DNA of 15,005 bases from UHGV virus genome UHGV-2053560. One strand, written 5' to 3'. Both the position numbers and the translations under genes were made by a program. Source of the stretch: a virus. Of this stretch, positions 7,120-15,005 are shown piece by piece (within the stretch, counting starts at the first letter, position 1; every line of letters begins with the position of its first letter). The notes below the pieces were generated by a model. That model saw only the letters and a program-made list of their open reading frames with translations, ran no database searches and had not been told where the DNA came from.

Positions 7120-7959
7120 TTAATCCTTAACTTTGCCCACCTGCCTTTTAAAACATTCCAGTATATCACTTTTCATTCTTGCGTAGCAATATGCCATCTC
7201 TTCAGCTATCTCAGCATTGGTGACCTTGTTCAGAGGCGCTGAGAGATGGCCTTTTTCTGATAGATAATGTTCTGTTAAAATATCTCCGGCCTCATCTTTT
7301 GCCCGCAGGCTAATGTCTGAAAATTGAGGTGACGGGTTAAAAATAATATCCTTGGCAACCTTTTTTATATCCCTTTTAAATTTTGGCTTAATGACTATAT
7401 CCAATGAGTCAAAAAGCTCCCCTTCAATATCTGTTGCCCCTAAGACCTTTAATATATCGCCAAATACAGGTAGCTTGGCTTCTACCTTCACCGTTGTTCG
7501 GCCGATGAAATGCATATGCATAACATCGTCTTTGGTGGTTCCCCTCATCAGTGGCTCTATCTGAACGCGCTCTCCACTGCTTAATGACATTCCTTTCCCG
7601 ATTAAAAAATCTGTCAGATCGGATGTGGTCGGCCCGAAAACAGTTCTGGCAAAACCAATGGTGTCGCCTTCAACAAACAAAAAAGATGGGAATCCCAATG
7701 ATTCGTCATCTGCGAGGCTGTTCTTAATATCTTCAACTGAAGCTTTAGAGCGATTTATCTTCTGAACCAGACTCTTGTCATTTGTTTTGGTAAAGAGAAA
7801 AGTTTTTCCATCGATTTTATGAATATACAAATAATTGGAGCCAACCTGCAGGTGATGATTATCAGCCAGCAGAGAATTAAGGAAAACAGACAGGTTTATT
7901 GAGCGCTTATCTTTCCCTTTATTTTTGCTGCGGTAAGTCGCATAAAAACCATTCTTCAT
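7120..7959 (-). CDS. rexA: RexA, sensor/activator component of the Rex exclusion system
   Basis: 279 aa, immediately downstream of cI on the same strand. Size, position and N-terminus (MKNGFYATYRSKNKGKDKRS) agree with lambda RexA as I recall it. Confidence 0.9.
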   Translation of the reverse strand: MKNGFYATYRSKNKGKDKRSINLSVFLNSLLADNHHLQVGSNYLYIHKIDGKTFLFTKTNDKSLVQKINRSKASVEDIKNSLADDESLGFPSFLFVEGDTIGFARTVFGPTTSDLTDFLIGKGMSLSSGERVQIEPLMRGTTKDDVMHMHFIGRTTVKVEAKLPVFGDILKVLGATDIEGELFDSLDIVIKPKFKRDIKKVAKDIIFNPSPQFSDISLRAKDEAGDILTEHYLSEKGHLSAPLNKVTNAEIAEEMAYCYARMKSDILECFKRQVGKVKD

Positions 7960-8071
7960 AATTCAATCCATTTACTATGTTATGTTCTGAGGGGAGTGAA
8001 AATTCCCCTAATTCGATGAAGATTCTTGCTCAATTGTTATCAGCTATGCGCCGACCAGAACACCTTGCCGA

Positions 8072-8788
<717 letters not shown>

Positions 8789-8796
8789 TTAAATCT

Positions 8797-8860
8797 ATCA
8801 CCGCAAGGGATAAATATCTAACACCGTGCGTGTTGACTATTTTACCTCTGGCGGTGATAA
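8797..8860. promoter_or_regulatory. oR3-oR2-oR1 operators with divergent pRM and pR
   Basis: TATCACCGCAAGGGATA (8797-8813), TAACACCGTGCGTGTTG (8819-8835) and TACCTCTGGCGGTGATA (8843-8859). pR -35 TTGACT (8832-8837) and -10 GATAAT (8855-8860); cro SD AAGGAGG at 8875-8881. Confidence 0.9.
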
Positions 8861-8876
8861 TGGTTGCATGTACTAA

Positions 8877-9086
<210 letters not shown>

Positions 9087-9093
9087 ATAACCC

Positions 9094-9125
9094 CGCTCTT
9101 ACACATCCCAGCCCTGAAAAAGGGC
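9094..9125 (+). promoter_or_regulatory. nutR (boxA and boxB)
   Basis: CGCTCTTA (9094-9101) and boxB hairpin GCCCTGAAAAAGGGC (9111-9125), directly after the cro stop. Confidence 0.8.
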
Positions 9126-9204
9126 ATCAAATTAAACCACACCTATGGTGTATGCATTTATTTGCATACATTCAATCAATTGTTATCTAAGGAAATACTT
9201 ACAT

Positions 9205-9483
9205 ATGCAACTTACAAGTACTCGCAAGAAAGCGAATGCAATTACAAGCAACATCCTGAATCGAATTGCTGTACGTGGTCAGCGAAAGGTTGCTGATGCA
9301 TTAGGGATTAATGAATCGCAAATTTCGCGATGGAAAGACAGCTTTATCCCAAAGATGGCCATGCTTCTGGCTGTGCTGGAGTGGGGTGTTGAAGACGAGG
9401 AATTAGCAGAGCTGGCAAAGAAAGTAGCCATGGTGCTGACAAAAGAAAAGCCTCAAGACTGCTGCAACAGTTTTGAGGCCTGA
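9205..9483 (+). CDS. cII: CII-like transcriptional activator (non-lambda allele)
   Basis: ATG at 9205 preceded by TAAGGAAATACTTACAT, as at lambda cII. Product carries the conserved core ESQISRWK...IPK..MLLAVLEWGV, but the N- and C-termini differ from lambda CII. The ORF-track extension to 9145 is rejected. Confidence 0.75.
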   Translation: MQLTSTRKKANAITSNILNRIAVRGQRKVADALGINESQISRWKDSFIPKMAMLLAVLEWGVEDEELAELAKKVAMVLTKEKPQDCCNSFEA

Positions 9484-9517
9484 TGTAGAAAGACTGGATC
9501 AATCCACAGGAGTAATT

Positions 9518-9679
9518 ATGACAAAACGTCGTAAGAAATACCAGGAAAAAGAAGAGATTCGACACCCTGATTCACATGAGGGATTAGTGGTAGCCGCAGC
9601 AAATAACAGGGCGTTCGCAGAGCGCCTTGTTGGTGTTTACAGACTAGCCAAAGCAGGAGTGAAACATGGGCGTCGTTAA
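9518..9679 (+). CDS. Small basic hypothetical protein (53 aa) between cII and the O-like gene
   Basis: ATG at 9518 preceded by CAGGAGTAATT; product [53 protein letters not shown]; overlaps the O-like start by 14 nt. Confidence 0.4.
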   Translation: MTKRRKKYQEKEEIRHPDSHEGLVVAAANNRAFAERLVGVYRLAKAGVKHGRR

Positions 9680-10487
9680 GTTAGCTGATTACAGGCCTCA
9701 ACTGGAGGTCGTGGAGCATCGCGTGGCAGACACCGAAGATGGTTTCATGCGCGTTGCTAACGAGATTACCGACAGTCTGCTGATGGCTGATTTAACCGTC
9801 CGGCAGTTGAAGGTGATGCTCGCTATCATGCGCAAGACATACGGATTCAATAAGCCGATGGATCGACTCACAAACACGCAGATAGCAGCCATGACAGGTA
9901 TTCATCACACTCATGTTTGCGCTGCCAAGCGCCAGCTTATTGAGCGTAAATTCCTCATTGCTGATGGCGTGAAAATCGGAGTGAACAAGGTGGTTTCGCA
10001 GTGGATTAGCCAGGACAGCTTAACATTAGCCAAAACAGCTAATAAAACATTAGCCAAGTCGGCTAATGGGTATAAGCCAAGTCAGCTAAACACAAAAGAC
10101 AATATACAAAAGACAATAAATACAAATACCCCCTTACCCCCTAACGGGGGCGGCGATGGGCAGGTTAAACCTGAACGTCGCAAGGCAGAACGAATCGACT
10201 ACGAATCCTTCCTGAACGCCTACAACACCGAAGTCGGTGACAGACTTCCACACGCTGTTGCGGTCAACGAGAAACGCAAACGCCGCCTGAAGAAAATCAT
10301 CCCGCAACTGAAAACGCCAAACGTGGACGGTTTCAGGGCGTATGTCAGGGCGTTTGTGCATCAGGCCAAGCCGTTTTACTTCGGAGACAACGACACGGGC
10401 TGGACGGCCGATTTTGATTACCTGCTGAGAGAAGATTCGTTAACGGGAGTTCGTGAAGGGAAGTTTGCAGACAGGGGGATTGCATGA
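9666..10487 (+). CDS. Replication initiator, lambda O-like N-terminal domain (P22 gene 18-like)
   Basis: 273 aa. [36 protein letters not shown] parallels lambda O (LTKRQFKVLLAILRKTYGWNKPMDRITDSQL). Iteron array and AT-rich tract lie inside the gene; SD AGGAGTGA before the ATG. Confidence 0.8.
   Translation: MGVVKLADYRPQLEVVEHRVADTEDGFMRVANEITDSLLMADLTVRQLKVMLAIMRKTYGFNKPMDRLTNTQIAAMTGIHHTHVCAAKRQLIERKFLIADGVKIGVNKVVSQWISQDSLTLAKTANKTLAKSANGYKPSQLNTKDNIQKTINTNTPLPPNGGGDGQVKPERRKAERIDYESFLNAYNTEVGDRLPHAVAVNEKRKRRLKKIIPQLKTPNVDGFRAYVRAFVHQAKPFYFGDNDTGWTADFDYLLREDSLTGVREGKFADRGIA
10004..10150 (+). repeat. Replication-origin-like iteron array, AT-rich tract and GC palindrome inside the O-like gene
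   Basis: Four ~20-bp imperfect repeats with internal dyad symmetry (GATTAGCCAGGACAGCTTAA, CATTAGCCAAAACAGCTAAT, CATTAGCCAAGTCGGCTAAT, ATAAGCCAAGTCAGCTAAAC), then an AT-rich stretch (10091-10128) and CCCCCTAACGGGGG. Confidence 0.6.
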
Positions 10488-11860
10488 GACAGGATATCGA
10501 AGCGAGCGTTATCGGCGGTCTGCTGATTGGTGGATTAACGCCAACCGCCAGCGACGTTCTGGCAACGCTTGAGCCGGAAGCGTTTTCAATTCCGCTCTAC
10601 CGGAAAGCCTTCGAGGTTATCCGCAAGCAGGCGAGAAACAGAAACCTAATCGACGCGCTGATGGTTGCCGAGGCGTGCGGAGAGGAGCATTTCACGTCAA
10701 TCCTGATGACCAGCAAAAACTGCCCGAGTGCCGCAAACCTGAAGGGATATGCCGGAATGGTCGCGGATAACTATCACCGCCGTCTGGTGCTGGAAATCAT
10801 GGATGAAATGCGTGAACCAATTCAGAGCGGAACCATCGACGCATCGAGTCAGGCGATGGATGAACTTGTAAAGCGTCTTTCAGCCATCAGAAAGCCCCGT
10901 GACGAGGTAAAACCTGTACGGTTAGGGGAAATCATTACTGACTACACTGACACGCTTGACAGGCGTCTGAGGAACGGAGAAGAGTCCGATACCCTGAAGA
11001 CCGGAATCGAAGAACTTGATGCCATCACCGGAGGGATGAACGCGGAAGACCTGGTGATAATCGCTGCTCGTCCTGGTATGGGGAAAACCGAACTGGCGCT
11101 GAAGATTGCCGAAGGCGTTGCAAGCCGCGTTATTCCTGGTTCTGACGTCCGGCGCGGAGTATTGATTTTCTCAATGGAAATGAGCGCATTGCAGATTGCA
11201 GAGCGAAGTATTGCCAACGCCGGGAGGATGTCGGTTAGCGTGCTGCGAAATCCTGCATCGATGGATGACGAGGGCTGGGCACGTGTTGCTAACGGCATGA
11301 GTCAGCTTGCAGATTTGGATGTATGGGTAGTCGATGCCTCGCGGTTATCGGTCGAAGAAATACGCTCAATCGCAGAACGGCACAAACAGGAAAATCCAAA
11401 CCTGTCACTCATCATGGCGGATTATCTTGGCCTGATTGAGAAGCCGAAAGCAGACCGCAACGACCTTGCAATTGCTCACATCTCCGGAAGCCTGAAGGCG
11501 ATGGCGAAAGACCTAAAAACGCCTGTTATCTCCCTGAGTCAGCTTTCGCGCGATGTTGAGAAGCGACCAAACAAACGCCCGACAAACGCAGATTTGCGTG
11601 ATTCAGGAAGCATTGAACAGGACGCAGACTCAATCATCATGCTCTATCGGGAAGCGGTATATGACGAGAACAGTAGCGCCGCGCCATTTGCTGAAATCAT
11701 CGTGACGAAAAACCGTTTTGGCTCGCTTGGTACGGTTTACCAGCGATTCTGTAACGGACACTTTGTTGCATGTGACCAGGATGAAGCCAGACAGATTTGC
11801 ACAGCATCAAATGCGCCTGCTGCGCGTGGCAGACGATATGCACAAGGGGCGGACGTATGA
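10484..11860 (+). CDS. DnaB-family replicative DNA helicase (P22 gene 12-like)
   Basis: 458 aa. Walker [14 protein letters not shown], DnaB-like motifs ([44 protein letters not shown]). ATG overlaps the O-like stop (ATGA). Confidence 0.9.
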   Translation: MRQDIEASVIGGLLIGGLTPTASDVLATLEPEAFSIPLYRKAFEVIRKQARNRNLIDALMVAEACGEEHFTSILMTSKNCPSAANLKGYAGMVADNYHRRLVLEIMDEMREPIQSGTIDASSQAMDELVKRLSAIRKPRDEVKPVRLGEIITDYTDTLDRRLRNGEESDTLKTGIEELDAITGGMNAEDLVIIAARPGMGKTELALKIAEGVASRVIPGSDVRRGVLIFSMEMSALQIAERSIANAGRMSVSVLRNPASMDDEGWARVANGMSQLADLDVWVVDASRLSVEEIRSIAERHKQENPNLSLIMADYLGLIEKPKADRNDLAIAHISGSLKAMAKDLKTPVISLSQLSRDVEKRPNKRPTNADLRDSGSIEQDADSIIMLYREAVYDENSSAAPFAEIIVTKNRFGSLGTVYQRFCNGHFVACDQDEARQICTASNAPAARGRRYAQGADV

Positions 11861-11940
11861 CCATCTACATCACTGAGCTTGTAACAGGCCTGCTGGTAAT
11901 CGCAGGCCTTTTTATTTGGGGGAGAGTAAATCGTGGTTGA
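11857..11940 (+). CDS. Possible 27-aa hydrophobic peptide
   Basis: ATG overlaps the helicase stop (ATGA); product [27 protein letters not shown] is one predicted transmembrane helix. Very short, so speculative. Confidence 0.25.
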   Translation: MTIYITELVTGLLVIAGLFIWGRVNRG

Positions 11941-12139
11941 GTTGATTTTCTCTGCATTGAGGCTTCTCGGTGCTCTGTGGATGGTGGCGACGTTCATTGT
12001 GGTTGCTGGCTGTTTTGTCCGGTTGGTAGGCGAAGGTAAAGACCTGGTGGGTGTGCTTTTCGGTAGCATTCTCCTGTGGGTGATTATCGGTGTTGCGCCT
12101 GTCGCTGTAGCAAAAATGGCGTGGCGTTTTGTGAGTTGA
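11933..12139 (+). CDS. Small two-helix membrane protein (68 aa, GTG start)
   Basis: GTG at 11933 preceded by GGGGGAGAG; two hydrophobic segments (LIFSALRLLGALWMVATFIVVAGCFV and LVGVLFGSILLWVIIGVAPVAVA). Occupies the slot between the replication genes and ninB. Confidence 0.4.
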   Translation: MVELIFSALRLLGALWMVATFIVVAGCFVRLVGEGKDLVGVLFGSILLWVIIGVAPVAVAKMAWRFVS

Positions 12140-12146
12140 GGTGACA

Positions 12147-12593
12147 ATGAAGCAAATATACATGCTTCGCAACGAAGCAATCAGAAACAACGCCATAGAC
12201 GCAATACTCTCACTTCCGATCGACGACAAGTCACCTCACGAAGTCCACATTAAAGAACCAAAGCGGAGCAATCCTCAAAACCGCCTTATGTGGGCGTTAT
12301 TGCAGGACGTATCGCGTCAGGTGCTTTGGCATGGAGAGAGACTTGCGCCGGAGGACTGGAAAGATCTGTTCACTGCCCTGTGGCTTAAGACCAAAAAAAT
12401 GGAGCAAAGAAGTGCGCCTGGTATCGACGGTGGCGTTGTCATGCTTGGCGTGCGTACCAGCAAAATGCGAAAGGCCAACATGACTGAGCTTATCGAAATC
12501 ATGTTCTGGTTCGGCTCAGAGCGCAACGTGCGATGGAGTGATGACTCCCGGAGAGAGTATGAATGGTCACAACGAAAAGGGAAGGCTGCATGA
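12147..12593 (+). CDS. ninB: NinB (Orf-family recombination mediator)
   Basis: Product from ATG 12147 aligns by eye to lambda NinB (NPQNRLMWALLQDVSRQVLWHGERL vs DQNRKLWACLGDVSRQVEWHGRWL; C-terminal RWSD...EW). Confidence 0.85.
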   Translation: MKQIYMLRNEAIRNNAIDAILSLPIDDKSPHEVHIKEPKRSNPQNRLMWALLQDVSRQVLWHGERLAPEDWKDLFTALWLKTKKMEQRSAPGIDGGVVMLGVRTSKMRKANMTELIEIMFWFGSERNVRWSDDSRREYEWSQRKGKAA

Positions 12594-13117
12594 CTATCAA
12601 ATCAAATACGCCAGCACACGACAAGGACTGCTGGCAAACGCCGCTTTGGCTTTTTGATGCACTGGATATTGAGTTTGGATTCTGGCTGGATTCGGCAGCG
12701 AGCGACAAAAACGCTCTGTGCGCTCACTGGCTAACTGAGGCCGACGACGCACTCAATTCTGAGTGGATAAGCCACGGTGCAATCTGGAATAACCCACCGT
12801 ACAGCAATATCAGGCCGTGGGTGGAAAAAGCCGCTGAGCAGTGCATACAACAGCGACAGACGGTAGTGATGCTTGTGCCAGAGGATATGTCTGTCGGATG
12901 GTTCAGCAAGGCTCTGGAGAGTGTTGACGAAGTTCGTATTATCACTGATGGACGGATTAATTTTATCGAACCATCGACAGGGCTGGAGAAGAAGGGAAAC
13001 AGCAAAGGTTCCATGCTGCTGATTTGGCGACCGTTCATCAGTCCTCGACGGATGTTTACTACCGTATCCAAAGCGGCATTGATGGCGATCGGGCAGGGCG
13101 TCAGGAGGGCAGCATGA
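12590..13117 (+). CDS. Phage-type DNA N6-adenine methyltransferase (Dam-like, orphan)
   Basis: ATG at 12590 overlaps the ninB stop (ATGA). Catalytic NPPY motif in IWNNPPYSN. Sits where lambda has ninC/ninD. Confidence 0.75.
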   Translation: MTIKSNTPAHDKDCWQTPLWLFDALDIEFGFWLDSAASDKNALCAHWLTEADDALNSEWISHGAIWNNPPYSNIRPWVEKAAEQCIQQRQTVVMLVPEDMSVGWFSKALESVDEVRIITDGRINFIEPSTGLEKKGNSKGSMLLIWRPFISPRRMFTTVSKAALMAIGQGVRRAA

Positions 13118-13296
13118 GACGACAGCGACGAAGTATCACCGACATCATCTGCGAAAACTGCAAATACCTTCCAACGAAACGCTCCAGAAATAAACGCAAG
13201 CCAATCCCAAAAGAATCTGACGTAAAAACCTTCAACTACACGGCTCACCTGTGGGATATCCGGTGGCTAAGACATCGTGCGAGGAAAACAAGGTGA
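13114..13296 (+). CDS. ninE: NinE
   Basis: Product [60 protein letters not shown] recognised as NinE; ATG overlaps the methyltransferase stop. Confidence 0.8.
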   Translation: MRRQRRSITDIICENCKYLPTKRSRNKRKPIPKESDVKTFNYTAHLWDIRWLRHRARKTR

Positions 13297-13463
13297 TTGA
13301 CCAAAATCGAAGTTACGAACAAGAAAGCGTCGAGCGAGCTTTAACGTGCGCTAACTGCGGTCAGAAGCTGCATGTGCTGGAAGTTCACGTATGTGAGCAC
13401 TGCTGCGCAGAACTGATGAGCGATCCGAATAGCTCAATGTACGAGGAAGAAGACGATGAGTGA
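13293..13463 (+). CDS. ninF: NinF
   Basis: From GTG 13293 (GTGA overlap with the ninE stop): [48 protein letters not shown], a Cys-rich NinF-like sequence. The ORF track begins at an upstream ATG (13251). Confidence 0.7.
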   Translation: MIDQNRSYEQESVERALTCANCGQKLHVLEVHVCEHCCAELMSDPNSSMYEEEDDE

Positions 13464-13725
13464 TTTCTCTGAGCTTATTTCCTTCAAAAAAGACAGAGAA
13501 GAAATGCGGACTGAATCTGTCTATTACGTTCAACACCGGAATAAACGCTCTGTGCTTGATCAGGAGCTGGTTATTACCGGAGACCTGGCATTCAGAACAT
13601 ATAAGGCCAGCATGGAAATGAAGGATTTCCCTAAATGTGGTTCTGAAAGAGAAGCCGCGTTAAAGCTGGCAGAGTGGATGCAGAGAATGGCTGCTGCAAT
13701 TGAGAATTACTGGAGCGAACCATAA
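13456..13725 (+). CDS. Hypothetical protein (89 aa) between ninF and ninG
   Basis: ATG overlaps the ninF stop; its stop overlaps the ninG ATG (TAATG). Not present at this position in lambda as I recall it. Confidence 0.5.
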   Translation: MSDFSELISFKKDREEMRTESVYYVQHRNKRSVLDQELVITGDLAFRTYKASMEMKDFPKCGSEREAALKLAEWMQRMAAAIENYWSEP

Positions 13726-14336
13726 TGGCTAAACCAGCGCGAAGACGATGTAAAAACGATGAATGCCGGGAATGGTTTCACCCTGCATTCGCTAATCAGT
13801 GGTGGTGCTCTCCAGAGTGTGGAACCAAGATAGCACTCGAACGACGAAGCAAAGAACGCGAAAAAGCGGAAAAAGCAGCAGAGAAGAAACGACGACGAGA
13901 GGAGCAGAAACAGAAAGATAAACTTAAGATTCGAAAACTCGCCTTAAAGCCCCGCAGTTACTGGATTAAACAAGCCCAACAAGCCGTAAACGCCTTCATC
14001 AGAGAAAGAGACCGCGACTTACCATGTATCTCGTGCGGAACGCTCACGTCTGCTCAGTGGGATGCCGGACATTACCGGACAACTGCTGCGGCACCTCAAC
14101 TCCGATTTGATGAACGCAATATTCACAAGCAATGCGTGGTGTGCAACCAGCATAAAAGCGGAAATCTCGTTCCGTATCGCGTCGAACTGATTAATCGCAT
14201 CGGGCAGGAAGCAGTAGACGAAATCGAATCAAACCATAACCGCCATCGCTGGACTGTCGAAGAGTGCAAGGCGATCAAGGCAGAGTACCAACAGAAACTC
14301 AAAGACCTGCGAAATAGCAGAAGTGAGGCCGCATGA
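13725..14336 (+). CDS. ninG: NinG (Rap-like recombination endonuclease)
   Basis: 203 aa, [41 protein letters not shown]..., Cys-rich N-terminus and conserved C-terminal region, recognised as NinG. Confidence 0.9.
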   Translation: MAKPARRRCKNDECREWFHPAFANQWWCSPECGTKIALERRSKEREKAEKAAEKKRRREEQKQKDKLKIRKLALKPRSYWIKQAQQAVNAFIRERDRDLPCISCGTLTSAQWDAGHYRTTAAAPQLRFDERNIHKQCVVCNQHKSGNLVPYRVELINRIGQEAVDEIESNHNRHRWTVEECKAIKAEYQQKLKDLRNSRSEAA

Positions 14337-14539
14337 CGTTCTCAGTAAAAACCATTCCAGACATGCTCGTTGAAGCATACGGAAACCAGACAGAAGTAGC
14401 ACGCAGACTGAAATGTAGTCGCGGTACGGTCAGAAAATACGTTGATGATAAAGACGGGAAAATGCACGCCATCGTCAACGACGTTCTCATGGTTCATCGC
14501 GGATGGAGTGAAAGAGATGCGCTATTACGAAAGAATTGA
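14333..14539 (+). CDS. ninH: NinH
   Basis: 68 aa, [37 protein letters not shown]..., HTH-like, recognised as NinH. Confidence 0.85.
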   Translation: MTFSVKTIPDMLVEAYGNQTEVARRLKCSRGTVRKYVDDKDGKMHAIVNDVLMVHRGWSERDALLRKN

Positions 14540-14943
14540 TGGCAGCAAATACCGAAATATTTGGGTAGTTGGCGATCTGCACGGATGCTACACGAACCTG
14601 ATGAAAAAACTGGAGACGATAGGATTCGACACCAAAAAAGACCTGCTTATCTCGGTTGGCGATTTGGTCGATCGCGGTACAGAGAACGTCGAATGCCTGG
14701 AATTAATCACATTCCCCTGGTTCAGAGCTGTACGTGGAAACCATGAGCAAATGATGATTGATGGCTTATCAGAGCGTGGAAACGTCAATCACTGGCTGCT
14801 TAATGGCGGTGGCTGGTTCTTTAATCTCGATTACGACAAAGAAATTCTGGCTAAAGCTCTTGCCCATAAAGCAGATGAACTTCCGTTAATCATCGAACTG
14901 GTGAGCAAAGATAAAAAATATGTCATCTGCCACGCCGATTATC
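14517..14943 (+). pseudogene. Ser/Thr protein phosphatase (lambda PPase/NinI homolog), truncated by an IS insertion
   Basis: ATG at 14517; calcineurin-like metallophosphatase motifs GDLHGC, GDLVDRG, GNHE present. After codon ~142 (..YVICHADY) the sequence switches to an IS-type inverted repeat instead of the rest of the gene. Not in the ORF track because it runs off the window end. Confidence 0.7.
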
Positions 14944-15005
14944 TGAACCGCCCCGGGTTTCCTGGAGAGTGTTTTATCTGTGAACTCAGGCTGCCAGATC
15001 ATCGT
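14944..15005. mobile_element. Terminal inverted repeat of an IS3-family insertion sequence (IS629/IS1203-like), partial
   Basis: From 14944 the sequence reads TGAACCGCCCCGGGTTTCCTGGAGAGTGTTTTATCTGTGAACTC..., which I recall as an IS629-type terminal IR (IS3-family ends start with TGA). Identification is from memory only. Confidence 0.55.

Noticed and set aside
9344-10361. Minus-strand ORFs (9344..9565, 9698..9892, 10134..10361) inside cII and the O-like gene
   Set aside because: Antisense to genes with clear homology signatures and lacking start signals.
10942-13248. Long minus-strand ORFs (10942..11298, 11737..12180, 11912..12229, 12317..12526, 12499..12708, 12724..13248) opposite the helicase, ninB and methyltransferase genes
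   Set aside because: Ser/Pro/Arg/Ala-rich antisense translations typical of GC-rich coding DNA read on the wrong strand; the plus-strand genes are well supported.
14299-14788. ORFs 14299..14490 -, 14561..14746 + and 14588..14788 - within ninH and the phosphatase gene
   Set aside because: Alternative frames or antisense of the recognisable ninH and phosphatase reading frames.

Overview
This window is the early/regulatory half of a mosaic lambdoid prophage (enterobacterial, probably E. coli). Left to right: a P4-type tyrosine integrase (+) converging on an AlpA-like excisionase; a leftward, translationally coupled early-left operon (unknown accessory genes, an Ea22-like protein, SSB, a Rad52-family annealing protein, kil/cIII-like small genes, an AT-rich moron, N); a lambda-type immunity region that I recognise by eye (nutL, oL1-3/pL, rexB, rexA, cI, oR1-3, cro, nutR); a non-lambda cII; a P22-style replication module (O-like initiator with internal ori iterons, DnaB-family helicase); and a nin region (ninB, Dam-like methyltransferase, ninE, ninF, an extra ORF, ninG, ninH, phosphatase) cut at 14944 by an IS3-family element end. 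The only recognisable defence system is the known RexAB pair. The best candidates for something undescribed are the AT-rich 156-aa gene plus a 45-aa Cys/Trp-rich ORF just downstream of N, two small membrane peptides where lambda carries ren, and the unknown cassette between SSB and xis. Everything rests on reading the sequence and recalling protein families; no searches were run.
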